Source: Bacteroidales bacterium (GTDB lineage Bacteria > Bacteroidota > Bacteroidia > Bacteroidales > Bacteroidaceae). From it: 64,000 bases of DNA. Both the position numbers and the translations under genes were made by a program. The notes under the pieces were generated by a model, which saw nothing but the letters and a program-made list of their open reading frames with translations, was not told the DNA's origin and searched no databases. Position 1 is the first letter of the stretch, and each line of letters starts with the position of its first letter. The DNA lies in assembly GCA_015060885.1 (NCBI GenBank), contig SUXO01000003.1, positions 25,592 through 89,591 of the forward strand, in the 5' to 3' direction. Shown here piece after piece: positions 17,616 to 27,661 of the stretch.

Positions 17616-17691
17616 CTTTGTTTATGGTCGTTGAGTTGTGGTGCTTCCATTTGTTATTGGTTGTGTTGGTTTTGTTACTTGTATCAATCTT

Positions 17692-18360
17692 TCATTCATC
17701 GAACCTCACGCGGCCAATGTTCTTCATATTCTTTAATATCGCTTTCTGCCGGCGGAGCATATATTTCGATGGGCGTTTGGAACTGTATTTGCGAGGGTTG
17801 GGCAGGGTGGCGGCGATGAGTGCGCATTGCGCGCGTGTGAGTTTGGCGGGTGTTGTGCCGAAGTGTTTGTCGGCAACCGCTGCCGCGCCATATATGCCGT
17901 TGCCCATCTCAATGCAGTTGAGGTATACTTCCATTATGCGCTCTTTGCCCCAAATGGCCTCTATGAGCAGGGTGAAGTAGGCTTCGAGTCCCTTTCGTAC
18001 CCAGGAACGCCCGTTCCACAGGAATACATTCTTTGCTGTCTGCTGGCTTATGGTGCTTGCTCCGCGCAGGCGTTTTCCTTTGCGTGCCTCTTCCTGTGCT
18101 ATTCGTATCTGTTCAAAGTCGAAACCGTTGTGGGTGGTGAAGAGGTTGTCTTCCGATGCCACCACTGCAAGGGGCAGGTCAGTGGTGATTTTATCGATGG
18201 GTGTCCAGCGGTAGTTTATCGGGCTGCCTTCGCTTATGCGGCGTTCCAGCATAAGCGGTGTTACGGGTATGGGGATATACTTATATAATATAACAATTGC
18301 TATGCTCGACACAAAAATGAGGAGCATAGCAATGGATATTATTTTCAGCAGCAGTTTCAA
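17692..18360 (-). CDS. mtgA: Monofunctional biosynthetic peptidoglycan transglycosylase
   Basis: VASEDNLFTTHNGFDFEQI and GASTISQQTAKNVFL are GT51 motifs. It has a single N-terminal TM segment. Confidence 0.9.
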   Translation of the reverse strand: MKLLLKIISIAMLLIFVSSIAIVILYKYIPIPVTPLMLERRISEGSPINYRWTPIDKITTDLPLAVVASEDNLFTTHNGFDFEQIRIAQEEARKGKRLRGASTISQQTAKNVFLWNGRSWVRKGLEAYFTLLIEAIWGKERIMEVYLNCIEMGNGIYGAAAVADKHFGTTPAKLTRAQCALIAATLPNPRKYSSKRPSKYMLRRQKAILKNMKNIGRVRFDE

Positions 18361-18361
18361 C

Positions 18362-19024
18362 TTATTTATTCTCTTTTGCTGTGTGCGACAGGTAGCGGCT
18401 TACGTCGAAGAATACCTTGCGCGACTGGAACTTTTCTGTCGGTTCAATGGTTACAATGTTGCATAGCGATTCTGTTTCGAGGTTGCGCGAAACTATGTTG
18501 TTTACGTTGAGCACGCCATAGAGAATGTGGTCCTGGTCGTCGGGAGTGATAACGCGATAGGGGGTGGTGCTGTTCTTGCCGTCGCCCATTGTGGTTATCA
18601 TATTGAGCAGACCAAGATATTTCTTTACATAGGACTGTGTCTCCTCTTCGGGCTTTATGAGCTCGTCGGCTGCGCGCCAGGCATAGAAGAGGGCGTTAAG
18701 GCTCACAGGGTTGTATTCGAGAATTTTTTTCGCGGTTTCGTACTGTTTGAGCATATCGCCCGCAGCGGCGTGGTTTTTGAGTGCTTCCTCGTTCTCGTCG
18801 TTGGCTCCCTTGTAGTCGGGTGTGAACGAGTGACCGTAATACACAAGAGCGTAGTCATCGACACGAATCATGGGGTCGTCGTTCAAATATACGCGGAGAA
18901 TATCGTTGTAGTACTCTTTTTCGTTGTCGACTATATCTTTTATTGTCTTGTAGTCGAGCTGCGTCTGTGCGCTTGCTGTCATTATTGCGGCGAAGATTGC
19001 CACAAGCATTATGAACTTTCTCAT
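18362..19024 (-). CDS. Hypothetical secreted protein (possibly DUF4919-like)
   Basis: It has the signal peptide MRKFIMLVAIFAAIMTASAQ and a helical-repeat-like body. The family name is from memory only. Confidence 0.55.
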   Translation of the reverse strand: MRKFIMLVAIFAAIMTASAQTQLDYKTIKDIVDNEKEYYNDILRVYLNDDPMIRVDDYALVYYGHSFTPDYKGANDENEEALKNHAAAGDMLKQYETAKKILEYNPVSLNALFYAWRAADELIKPEEETQSYVKKYLGLLNMITTMGDGKNSTTPYRVITPDDQDHILYGVLNVNNIVSRNLETESLCNIVTIEPTEKFQSRKVFFDVSRYLSHTAKENK

Positions 19025-19029
19025 TATTG

Positions 19030-20712
19030 TTATACTAATTTTATTATTACTCCATTGTTGGCCTCTATCTTAACGGAAATCTTCTCGGCAGAGTTCAACA
19101 TAATCTCCATTTTCTCGCCGCCAAGCAGTTCTGTGGCTGTTGTCTTTTTGTCGCTGCTTGCCAGGCCGAAGTATGCGTATGCCTCTTCGGGTATGGTTAC
19201 CTCGCATTCGCGTGCGGTGTTGCTGAAATTGGTTACCACGAGCAACAACTCATTCTTGCTTCCGCGCAGGAACGAATATGTGTGGTTGCTGCCGTAGGCT
19301 TCGCACCCGCGGTTGGCATATTGCAGGTCGTAGAAGTCGCCCTCACGCAATGCTTCGCTGCTGTTGGCAAGGGTTAGCAGCTTGGCATAGAAGGCTTGCA
19401 AGGCCTGTTCTTCGGCTGTGAGGTTGGCGGTGGTGTAGCTGCCGTCGCCTTTCCAGCGGCGCAGTGTGTCCACGCTCCAATAGTCGAATATGGTGGTGCG
19501 GCCGTCGACACCGCTGTAACCCTCTTTGTCCATACCGCGCTCGCCAAGTTCCTGGCCTGCATAGAGCATAAAGGGTTGCTTGCCGATGGCTACCGATACG
19601 ATGGCGGCTGCAAGGGCTCTTTCGGCCTTTGCGGCGAAGAAGTCCGACGCTATGCGCTGCTCGTCGTGGTTTTCGAGGAAGGTGAGCATATTCTCGCGTA
19701 TATCGGCTGTCTGTTGCAGGGTGTATGTGATGTTGTCTGCTGCCGTCTGGCCGCTCATAACACCTTTGAGTGTGTCGTAAAGTCCCACTTTGTCATAAAG
19801 ATAGTCGAAACAGCCATTCTTTATGAACGTGCGGTATATGTGCGGCTGGTAAATCTCGCCAATGAATATTATCCCTTTGTATTGCTCCTTTATTTTGGGT
19901 ACTGCCCATTGCCAGAACTCCACCGGTGTCATCTCAATCATGTCGCAGCGGAAACCGTCGACACCTTGCGCTGCCCAATATTGCAGAATTTTGAGCATCT
20001 TCACCCAGGTATTTGGCACGGGGCTGAACTGGCGGTTGCCCGAACGGTAGTCGATGCCGTAGTTCAGTTTCACAGTGTCGTACCAGTCGTTGCGCGAGGG
20101 GCTTCCGAAACAATCGTTGCCGGTTGCACGCAAAGGGTTTTCGTTGTAGGGCTCGGCGGCACAGTCGGTGGCATCGATGTTGCAGCCGTATGATTGTTCG
20201 CCCAGATAGTAGAAATTGTTGTGCCCCACAAAGAATGCGTTCTTGTCGTCGAACTCTCCGAAATCGTATGTGCCCGCAGGGCGGTTGTCACTCTTGTAGT
20301 GGCGTGCCACGTGGTTGGGAATGAAGTCCATAATTACCTTCATCCCTGCCTTGTGGGTGCGCTCAATGAGTGCGCGGAACTCTTCGCGGCGTTTGTCGAC
20401 ATTTACTGCGAGGTCGGGGTCGTTGTCGTAATAGTCCTTGATGGCGTAGGGTGAGCCGGCCTCGCCTTTTACGGTGGCAGGGTGTGTGCTCTCTATGCCG
20501 TATTTGCTGTAATCGGTGCGGGTGGTGTGTTCAATGACTCCTGTGTACCACACGTGGGTGATGCCCAGGTTGCGTATTGCGCGAAGGGCTTTGGGGGTTA
20601 TGTCGTTGAATTTCCCACATCCGTTCTGTTCAATGGTTCCGCCTGCTATGCAGCCGGTGTTGCTGTTGCCGAATAGGCGGGGTAGTAGCTGGTATACAAT
20701 TATGCGTGACAT
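19030..20712 (-). CDS. GH13 alpha-amylase family protein
   Basis: DFIPNHVA, GFRCDMIE, FIGEIY and FLENHDE are GH13 conserved regions I-IV. There is no signal peptide. Confidence 0.85.
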   Translation of the reverse strand: MSRIIVYQLLPRLFGNSNTGCIAGGTIEQNGCGKFNDITPKALRAIRNLGITHVWYTGVIEHTTRTDYSKYGIESTHPATVKGEAGSPYAIKDYYDNDPDLAVNVDKRREEFRALIERTHKAGMKVIMDFIPNHVARHYKSDNRPAGTYDFGEFDDKNAFFVGHNNFYYLGEQSYGCNIDATDCAAEPYNENPLRATGNDCFGSPSRNDWYDTVKLNYGIDYRSGNRQFSPVPNTWVKMLKILQYWAAQGVDGFRCDMIEMTPVEFWQWAVPKIKEQYKGIIFIGEIYQPHIYRTFIKNGCFDYLYDKVGLYDTLKGVMSGQTAADNITYTLQQTADIRENMLTFLENHDEQRIASDFFAAKAERALAAAIVSVAIGKQPFMLYAGQELGERGMDKEGYSGVDGRTTIFDYWSVDTLRRWKGDGSYTTANLTAEEQALQAFYAKLLTLANSSEALREGDFYDLQYANRGCEAYGSNHTYSFLRGSKNELLLVVTNFSNTARECEVTIPEEAYAYFGLASSDKKTTATELLGGEKMEIMLNSAEKISVKIEANNGVIIKLV

Positions 20713-21599
20713 AGTTCTATGTTTTCGGCACCTGTCGAGGGTGCAATTTTCTTAATCATTCCTTGAAGTACTGCGCCGGGGCCACACTCGGTGAACGAGG
20801 TCGCGCCGTCGGCTATCATCTGCTGTACACTTGCTGTCCAGCGCACGGGTGAGGTGAGCTGGGCTATGAGGTTGGCTTTGATTTCTTGGGGCGATGTGTG
20901 GGGCTTGCCGTCGACATTCTGGTAGACGGGGCAGCAGGGGGTGTTTATCGTGGTAGCAGCAATGGCCGCTTCGAGCTCCTCTTTTGCGGGTTGCATAAGA
21001 GGGGAGTGGAAGGCTCCGCTAACTGCAAGCGGCAAAGCGCGTTTCGCGCCGGCAGCCTTCATTGCCTCACAGGCTTTTTCTATACCCTCCTTGTCGCCCG
21101 AAATCACAAGCTGTCCGGGGCAGTTATAGTTCGCTGCCACCACAGTGCAGCCGCTTGCACTCACTTCGGCACATATGCGCTCAACCTCCTCGTCGCTCAA
21201 TGCGAGAATGGCTGCCATTGTCGATTGCTGTGCCTCGCACGCCTTCTGCATTGCCAATGCGCGTTGGTATACAAGTTTCAGGCCATCCTCGAACGAGAGT
21301 GCTCCGGCTGCCGTGAGTGCCGAAAACTCTCCAAGCGAGTGGCCTGCCACCATTTCGGGGGCAAAATCCTTGCCCATGGCAAGTGCCGATATAACGGAGT
21401 GCAGAAACACTGCGGGTTGTGTTACCTTTGTCTGTTTGAGTTCTTCGTCGCTTCCCTCGAACATAATGTCGGTGATGCGGAACCCTAATATTTCGTTTGC
21501 TTTTTCAAAGTATTCCTTGGCAATGGGATTGTTGTCGTACAAATCCTTGCCCATTCCTTTGAATTGTGCTCCTTGTCCTGGAAATACAAAAGCTTTCAT
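20700..21599 (-). CDS. fabD: Malonyl CoA-ACP transacylase
   Basis: It has MKAFVFPGQGAQFKGMG and the active site GHSLGEFSAL. I place the start at the internal Met (21599) rather than the track start at 21710. Confidence 0.9.
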   Translation of the reverse strand: MKAFVFPGQGAQFKGMGKDLYDNNPIAKEYFEKANEILGFRITDIMFEGSDEELKQTKVTQPAVFLHSVISALAMGKDFAPEMVAGHSLGEFSALTAAGALSFEDGLKLVYQRALAMQKACEAQQSTMAAILALSDEEVERICAEVSASGCTVVAANYNCPGQLVISGDKEGIEKACEAMKAAGAKRALPLAVSGAFHSPLMQPAKEELEAAIAATTINTPCCPVYQNVDGKPHTSPQEIKANLIAQLTSPVRWTASVQQMIADGATSFTECGPGAVLQGMIKKIAPSTGAENIELCHA

Positions 21600-21948
21600 C
21601 TGTTCTTTTTTTTTGGTTTGTAAAAAATATTGGCATTGGTATTGCTGTCTGCAATGCCTTAATTCCTTGTTTAAATTCTTTAAATAGCAAAGATACTCTT
21701 TTCTGTGCAATAATCTATAATGTGCAGTGTTGTTTTTTGGATTTTTAATAAAAAACCTTACAATTGTGCGCTTATAGGTTTTTTCGATAGGTGCAATAGA
21801 TAAAATTGATAGATATAAATTAGGTAAGGTTTAAAAAGTATGCTATTTTTGCAAAGTTTAGGAATTTTGCATGCAAAAACAAATTTTTGCACTCTGTTGA
21901 ACGGACACACAAGGAAAAATTTAATAATAACCTTATAAATCTAATTCT

Positions 21949-23457
21949 ATGTTTAAAAGTTTTCAGGGATTTAACGTGTTGGAGAAAATCCAGAAAGACA
22001 AATCCCACAAAAGAGAGAGAAAATTGCCCATAACCGCGCTTAAACTCATTCTCATTATCGCGGTTACACTCGTTGTGGCGTTGATACCTACAACTACATT
22101 CCAGGAGATGGGCTTGACCAACCTCACTGTCGTTCAGCACCGTGTTATCGCATTGTTTGTGTTTGCCGCTCTTATGTGGCTTACCGAGGCTCTGCCCTCG
22201 TGGGTAACATCTATGATTGTGGTGGTTGTGATGCTGCTCACAGTATCGAACAGTGCGTTCAACTTCCTTATAAAGGAGGATTATGGTACATTCGTAAAGT
22301 ATGCCGACATTATGCACTGTTTCGCCAACCCCACCATTATGCTCTTCATCGGCGGTTTCGTGCTTGCTATCGGTATGACAAAGACAAAGCTCGATGTGGC
22401 TTTGGCCCGCGTACTCTTGAAGCCTTTCGGTACAAAATCGGAAATAGTGCTTTTGGGCTTCCTGCTTGTTACAGCAATCTTCTCGGCATTCGTGAGCAAC
22501 ACAGCTACTGCTGCCATGATGCTTGCATTCCTATCGCCTGTGTTGCGCTCTCTCCCTGCCGACGGTAAGGGCCGCATTGCGCTTGCAATGGCAATTCCCG
22601 TAGGTGCCAACCTCGGTGGTATTATGACTCCCATAGGTACGCCTCCCAACCTCATTGTACTCGACAACCTTAATAAGTTCAACGGAATAGATATTACCTT
22701 TACAGAGTGGATGATGCGTATGATGCCTTTCGTGGTTGTGCTGCTCTTCCTCGCTTGGTTGCTGCTCCGTTTTCTCTTCCCCTTCAAGCAGAAGACAATC
22801 AATCTTGTTATCGAGGGTGAAATGAAGATGAATTTCCACACAAAGGTTGTTATCGGCACATTTATCGTAACCATCTTCCTGTGGATGTTCGGTAAAGAGC
22901 TTTGGGGCCTTAACACCAATGTTGTTGCCATGATACCCATTGCTGCATTCTGTGCAACAGGTATCTTGCAGCGTCGCGACCTCGAAGAGATCAACTGGAG
23001 TGTGCTGTGGATGGTTGCCGGCGGTTTCGCTCTTGGCGTTGCGCTCGACAAGACAGGCTTGGGCAACGTTCTCGTTGAGTCCATTCCCTTTGCAACCTGG
23101 TCACCTATGGTTGTTATGATAATTTCGGGCCTTGTATGTTTCCTCTTCTCGAACTTTATCTCACACTCGGCTGCTGCTTCGTTGCTCGCTCCCATCCTGG
23201 GCCTTGTTGCAAGCGGTATTTCGGCCGACCCGACAGCAGGTGCAGCCTTTGCCGAAATGGGTGGTCCCGCTGCCCTTATGGTAGGTGTTGCAATATCGTC
23301 TTCGGTATCAATGATACTCCCCATCAGTACACCTCCCAATGCCATCGCTCACTCTACCGGTTTCATTACACAAGCCGATATGATGAAGGTGGGTATCATA
23401 CTTGGTGTGCTTGGTGTGATACTCGGTTATGCAATGCTCATATTCTTCAAGTTTTAA
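21949..23457 (+). CDS. DASS/SLC13 family anion:sodium symporter
   Basis: It is multi-TM with SNTATAAMM and ISTPPNAIA hairpin motifs. Confidence 0.85.
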   Translation: MFKSFQGFNVLEKIQKDKSHKRERKLPITALKLILIIAVTLVVALIPTTTFQEMGLTNLTVVQHRVIALFVFAALMWLTEALPSWVTSMIVVVVMLLTVSNSAFNFLIKEDYGTFVKYADIMHCFANPTIMLFIGGFVLAIGMTKTKLDVALARVLLKPFGTKSEIVLLGFLLVTAIFSAFVSNTATAAMMLAFLSPVLRSLPADGKGRIALAMAIPVGANLGGIMTPIGTPPNLIVLDNLNKFNGIDITFTEWMMRMMPFVVVLLFLAWLLLRFLFPFKQKTINLVIEGEMKMNFHTKVVIGTFIVTIFLWMFGKELWGLNTNVVAMIPIAAFCATGILQRRDLEEINWSVLWMVAGGFALGVALDKTGLGNVLVESIPFATWSPMVVMIISGLVCFLFSNFISHSAAASLLAPILGLVASGISADPTAGAAFAEMGGPAALMVGVAISSSVSMILPISTPPNAIAHSTGFITQADMMKVGIILGVLGVILGYAMLIFFKF

Positions 23458-23539
23458 AAATTTTTAAAACTGAATAATTCTCCGGCTCACTGGCAGTCAA
23501 TTTTAATTAAAAAAAGACAGTTTTATGAGCCGGTTTTTT

Positions 23540-23547
23540 TATCTTCG
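23540..23547 (+). promoter_or_regulatory. -7 box TATCTTCG for the LysR gene
   Basis: 21 nt upstream of the ATG at 23568. Confidence 0.5.
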
Positions 23548-23567
23548 CCACGTAAATCCCAAATGTA

Positions 23568-24473
23568 ATGGAGTTAAGACAGCTGAAATATTTTGTAAAG
23601 AGTGCCGAGTATCTCAACTTTTCGGAGGCAGCAAAGCATCTCTACATAACACAGAGCACATTATCGCAACAGATAAAGCAGTTGGAGTTTGAACTCGGTT
23701 TCACTCTCTTTCTGCGCAACAGCCGTCACATCTCGCTCACCGAGGCCGGCGAGGAGTTCCTCCCGTTTGCCAAACGCACGATTCAGGATGCCGAGGATAG
23801 CGTGCAACGTCTTAACGACTTGCAGAACGTGAAGACCGGAACACTGCGTGTGGGTGTGACATATAGTTTGAGTACGGTACTCACCGAGGGGCTTATGGAG
23901 TTTATGCGCTCGTTCCCCGGCATAAGGCTCGAAGTCTGTTACAAGACAGTGCAGGAGCTTCTCTCCTTGCTCAAAGAACGGAAACTCGATTTCATCCTTT
24001 CCTATAAACCACTGATGGATGCACCCGACATTGAGGCTATGCCGCTTTTCGAGAACTCCCTGGCGGTGGTGGTCGACAAAGGACACCCGCTTGCACAACG
24101 CCGCAAGGTGAGTCTTGCCGAGTTGCAATCTTGTCAGCTCGTATTGCCTTCACCGGGCTTGCAGGCACGCAGTATGCTCGACAGGCTTATGGAAGGAAAG
24201 GATTTTCAACTGTCGTCGAGGCTCGAACTGAACGAAACAAACATTCTGTTGCAGATGGTATCCACCGGAACCTATGCCACAATACTTTCGACATCGGCAG
24301 TGTTCGGGAATACCCGTTTCAAGGCTGTGCCCATAGACGAGCCGGACAACACAATGCAGGCATCGTTGCTCACGCTTAAAGGTGCATACCAGAAGGCTTC
24401 GGCAAAGGAGTTCATAAATATCCTCTTCGATACCGAGGCAGTAAAGCGCCGTCTGATGAACTTGTTCGATTAA
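23568..24473 (+). CDS. LysR family transcriptional regulator
   Basis: It has the N-terminal HTH MELRQLKYFVKSAEYLNFSEAAKHLYITQSTLSQQIKQLE and a LysR substrate-binding domain. Confidence 0.9.
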   Translation: MELRQLKYFVKSAEYLNFSEAAKHLYITQSTLSQQIKQLEFELGFTLFLRNSRHISLTEAGEEFLPFAKRTIQDAEDSVQRLNDLQNVKTGTLRVGVTYSLSTVLTEGLMEFMRSFPGIRLEVCYKTVQELLSLLKERKLDFILSYKPLMDAPDIEAMPLFENSLAVVVDKGHPLAQRRKVSLAELQSCQLVLPSPGLQARSMLDRLMEGKDFQLSSRLELNETNILLQMVSTGTYATILSTSAVFGNTRFKAVPIDEPDNTMQASLLTLKGAYQKASAKEFINILFDTEAVKRRLMNLFD

Positions 24474-24490
24474 ACCTTTAATATAATAAT

Positions 24491-25237
24491 ATGGTAGAAA
24501 AGTACAGCGCAATAAAGCGCATTCCCAGTTTCGATGTCGATATGTCATCGACATTAAAACCGGCCTCTTTCCTGAACTATGCCCAGGAGGGTGCCAATAT
24601 CCACGCCGACACAATAGGCGTAGGTTACGACTCTATGCACATTACACGCAAGGCTTGGGTGCTTGCGCGTATGCACGTGATATTCCACAAACTCCCCAAA
24701 TGGAAGGATAATATAAATATCCAGTCGTGGCACAAAGGAGCCAGCGGGTTCCAGTTCTTCCGTGATTTCGTGGTGTTCGACAAAGAGGGTAGTGAGAAAC
24801 TCATTTCGGCCACAACATCGTGGTTGGTAATCGACATTGACACACGTCGCCTGTCGAAATATCCCGAACTAGCCGACAATGATGAAAAGTGCATAAAGGA
24901 GGATGTGATTGCCGAGCAGCCTGCAAAGATTACTATGCCCAAAGGGGTGGAGCCTGTGCACGCTATGACACACGCTGTGAATTACAGCGACCTCGATATG
25001 ATAGGCCACGTGAACAACGTTAAATATACCGAGTGGGCAATGAATTCCATTGAACTCGATGTGGTGAACAACAAGCATTTGAAGGAACTTGTCATTAACT
25101 TCAACAACGAGGTGAAGGCGGGCGATGTGGTGGAGATTTACCGCCATAGCGAGGTTGCCGAGGATGGCTCTCTTGTCTATTATGTAGAGGGCAAGGTGGG
25201 CGAAAAGTCTTCGTTCGTTGAGAAACTTGTGTTTTAG
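24491..25237 (+). CDS. Acyl-ACP thioesterase
   Basis: It has a double hot-dog pattern: FDVDMSSTLKPASFLNYAQEGANIH, WVLARMHV and DLDMIGHVNNVKY. Confidence 0.8.
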   Translation: MVEKYSAIKRIPSFDVDMSSTLKPASFLNYAQEGANIHADTIGVGYDSMHITRKAWVLARMHVIFHKLPKWKDNINIQSWHKGASGFQFFRDFVVFDKEGSEKLISATTSWLVIDIDTRRLSKYPELADNDEKCIKEDVIAEQPAKITMPKGVEPVHAMTHAVNYSDLDMIGHVNNVKYTEWAMNSIELDVVNNKHLKELVINFNNEVKAGDVVEIYRHSEVAEDGSLVYYVEGKVGEKSSFVEKLVF

Positions 25238-25313
25238 ACGTTTTTTAAACTCCGCCGGTATGAGTGCCGGCATAAATGTATAATCCTTCCCCTGCAATAC
25301 AGGGGAAGGTATA

Positions 25314-26279
25314 ATGTTTTTTATTATGGTATTGTCAATATTATGTTTTATTGCGGGGCTGGTGCTGGTAATATTCGGTGCCGACTGGCTCACAAAAGGA
25401 GCGTCGGGGCTTGCACGACGTTTTAATATAAGCGAGCTTGTTATAGGCCTCACAATTGTTGCTCTCGGTACCTCATTGCCCGAACTTGTTATCAGTGTCA
25501 GTTCGGCCGTAGAGGGGAATTCGGGTATTGCACTTGGAAATATCCTGGGCAGCAACATCTTCAATAGCCTTCTGATTCTTGGTGTGGCTGCACTTATAAC
25601 TCCCATAAAGTTCAACGCAAGAATGCAGTCGCGCGAAATACCTTTCAACCTGCTTGCATCGGTGGTGCTGTTGCTTGTGTCGGGAAGTATGCTGGTGGGC
25701 GGCGCGCCCGGTGAGCAGATTACACGTTATGGCGGTCTCATCCTGCTATGTTTCCTTGCCGTGTTTATGCGCTACACCTTTACTATTGAGAGTGAGGGAG
25801 GCGACGAGGAGCAGGTGGAACAGCTTTCAACCGGCAAGATTATGCTTTTTATCGCCGGCGGTTTATGTGCACTCATCTTTGGTGGAAAGATATTCGTTGC
25901 AGGCGCAACCGATATTGCCCTTATGCTTGGTATGTCAGAGGCAGTCATAGGTATAACAATAGTTTCGGCAGGCAGCTCTTTGCCCGAACTCGCAGTGTCG
26001 GTCAATGCTGCACGCAAGGGTAATGCAGGCATTGCACTTGGCAATGTAATAGGCAGCAACATTCTCAACGTGTTCTTTATTCTTGGTTGCAGTGCCACAA
26101 TCACTCCAATACTGCTCGATGGTTTCAGTTTCATCGATTATTATGTATTGCTGGCATCGTCGCTGCTCATATATATAGTGACACGTTTCGGCGGCAAGAG
26201 TGTGATTACCCGTTTCGAGGGTGGTGTACTTGTGCTTGCATATATCGCATACACAACCTATCTGCTTGTTAACGCCTGA
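25314..26279 (+). CDS. CaCA family calcium/sodium antiporter (YrbG-like)
   Basis: The alpha-repeats are duplicated: GLTIVALGTSLPELVIS and GITIVSAGSSLPELAVS. Confidence 0.85.
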   Translation: MFFIMVLSILCFIAGLVLVIFGADWLTKGASGLARRFNISELVIGLTIVALGTSLPELVISVSSAVEGNSGIALGNILGSNIFNSLLILGVAALITPIKFNARMQSREIPFNLLASVVLLLVSGSMLVGGAPGEQITRYGGLILLCFLAVFMRYTFTIESEGGDEEQVEQLSTGKIMLFIAGGLCALIFGGKIFVAGATDIALMLGMSEAVIGITIVSAGSSLPELAVSVNAARKGNAGIALGNVIGSNILNVFFILGCSATITPILLDGFSFIDYYVLLASSLLIYIVTRFGGKSVITRFEGGVLVLAYIAYTTYLLVNA

Positions 26280-26297
26280 TAATGAGGTAAGGAGGAA

Positions 26298-27587
26298 TTG
26301 ATGAAAAAGATATATTTGATTTTTGCGGCAGTTGTCGTTGCTTTGTGTGTAGCGGCCTTGTTGTTGATGCCGCTTTCGGGCCCTGCAAGCGAAGGGAACG
26401 AATTGCAGGCCGTGGAGCCTGCGGTAGCGGTAGAGGATACGGTGATGAAGTATGGTCTGCCCATCGATTTTTTCGATGTGCAGTACGACACCTTGCGCCC
26501 GCGACAGACGCTTGCCGAGCTGTTGCACGGCTTCGGCTTTACCGCGCGTCAGGTGTACGAACTCACACAGTGCCCCGACTCTGTTTTCGATGCGCGCCGC
26601 TTGCGCCCGGGGCAGGTGTGTGCCCTTTTTTCCGAAAGGGACAGCACCGCGCAGCCCCGTTATCTTGTTTACGAGGAGAGCGCGAAGGAGTATGTTGTAT
26701 TTGACCTTGCCGACAATTACCGTGCGACACGTGGGGAGAACCCTGCCGAGTGGCGCGAAGGTGAGGTGGCCGGCGAAGTGGAATCCTCTTTGTGGGTGGC
26801 TATGCAGGAGCGTGGCGCCTCGCCGTTGCTGGCAGTGCAGCTGTCGCATATATTCGGTTGGTCGGTCGATTTCTTCGGCATCCGGAAGGGCGACGAGTTC
26901 CGCGTTGTCTATTCACAGGAGTATGTGAATGGGGCACCAATGAACAACTATCGCATATTGGCAGCCTCGTTCTGTGCATCGGACAGCCTTGTTTATGCCA
27001 TCCCCTATGTACAGGATGGCGAGGAGCTCTTCTACAACATCGACGGTAACAGCCTCGAAGGTGCATTCCTAAAAGCACCGCTCGATTATTACCGCATATC
27101 GTCGCGTTTTTCGAACAGCCGTTTCCACCCCGTGCTCAAAAGGTATCGTGCGCACCACGGAGTCGATTATGCCGCTCCTGCGGGAACTCCCGTTTATGCG
27201 ATAGGCAGCGGCAAGGTTATTGCAAAGGCCTATCAGGCCGGTGGCGGCGGCAACTACGTGAAGATACGTCACAACAGTGTATATGTAACAACCTATATGC
27301 ACTTGTCGCGCTTTGCCAAAGGGTTGAAGGTGGGCGATGCCGTGAAACAGAAACAGGTTATCGGTTATGTGGGTTCCACCGGAATCTCCACAGGACCGCA
27401 CCTCGATTTCCGTGTTCACGAGAATGGAAAGCCCATTAACCCGCTTACCATAAAGTCACAGCCAAAAAAGCCTGTGTCGCAGGACAATATGGCGGCTTTC
27501 TCGCTGTTGCGCGATTCTTTGGTTACCCGCCTTAAAGGCATCTCAACGTGCGATTCTGTTGCTGCCGATACCATTAAACTCCAATAA
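26298..27587 (+). CDS. M23 family metallopeptidase
   Basis: It has HHGVDYAAPAGTPVYAIGSGKV and GSTGISTGPHLDFRV. An N-terminal TM/signal segment is present. Confidence 0.85.
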   Translation: MMKKIYLIFAAVVVALCVAALLLMPLSGPASEGNELQAVEPAVAVEDTVMKYGLPIDFFDVQYDTLRPRQTLAELLHGFGFTARQVYELTQCPDSVFDARRLRPGQVCALFSERDSTAQPRYLVYEESAKEYVVFDLADNYRATRGENPAEWREGEVAGEVESSLWVAMQERGASPLLAVQLSHIFGWSVDFFGIRKGDEFRVVYSQEYVNGAPMNNYRILAASFCASDSLVYAIPYVQDGEELFYNIDGNSLEGAFLKAPLDYYRISSRFSNSRFHPVLKRYRAHHGVDYAAPAGTPVYAIGSGKVIAKAYQAGGGGNYVKIRHNSVYVTTYMHLSRFAKGLKVGDAVKQKQVIGYVGSTGISTGPHLDFRVHENGKPINPLTIKSQPKKPVSQDNMAAFSLLRDSLVTRLKGISTCDSVAADTIKLQ

Positions 27588-27594
27588 CAGGAAT

Positions 27595-27635
27595 AAACAA
27601 ACGTGTGGCGTGCAATGCACGCCACACGTTTGTTT
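27595..27635. terminator. Bidirectional terminator, a near-perfect 41-nt palindrome
   Basis: aaacaaacgtgtggcgtgcaatgcacgccacacgtttgttt lies between convergent genes. Confidence 0.8.
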
Positions 27636-27661
27636 ATTATTTGATTACCTGATTGTATTTG

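Noticed and set aside
20700-20712. The 13-nt overlap of the fabD stop with the GH13 start, considered as a recoding site.
   Set aside because: This is an ordinary short overlap of adjacent same-strand genes. There is no slippery sequence or structure.
22281-23345. Long antisense ORFs opposite real genes. Examples are 22281..23345, 49856..50950, 46169..47062, 55648..56526, 52590..53408, 24869..25648, 25935..26849, 43902..44747 and the plus-strand ORFs over 16..3311.
   Set aside because: They overlap strongly supported genes on the other strand and have skewed, low-complexity composition (R/H/C/V/G-rich). They have no recognisable motifs. These are shadow ORFs typical of moderately GC-rich coding DNA.
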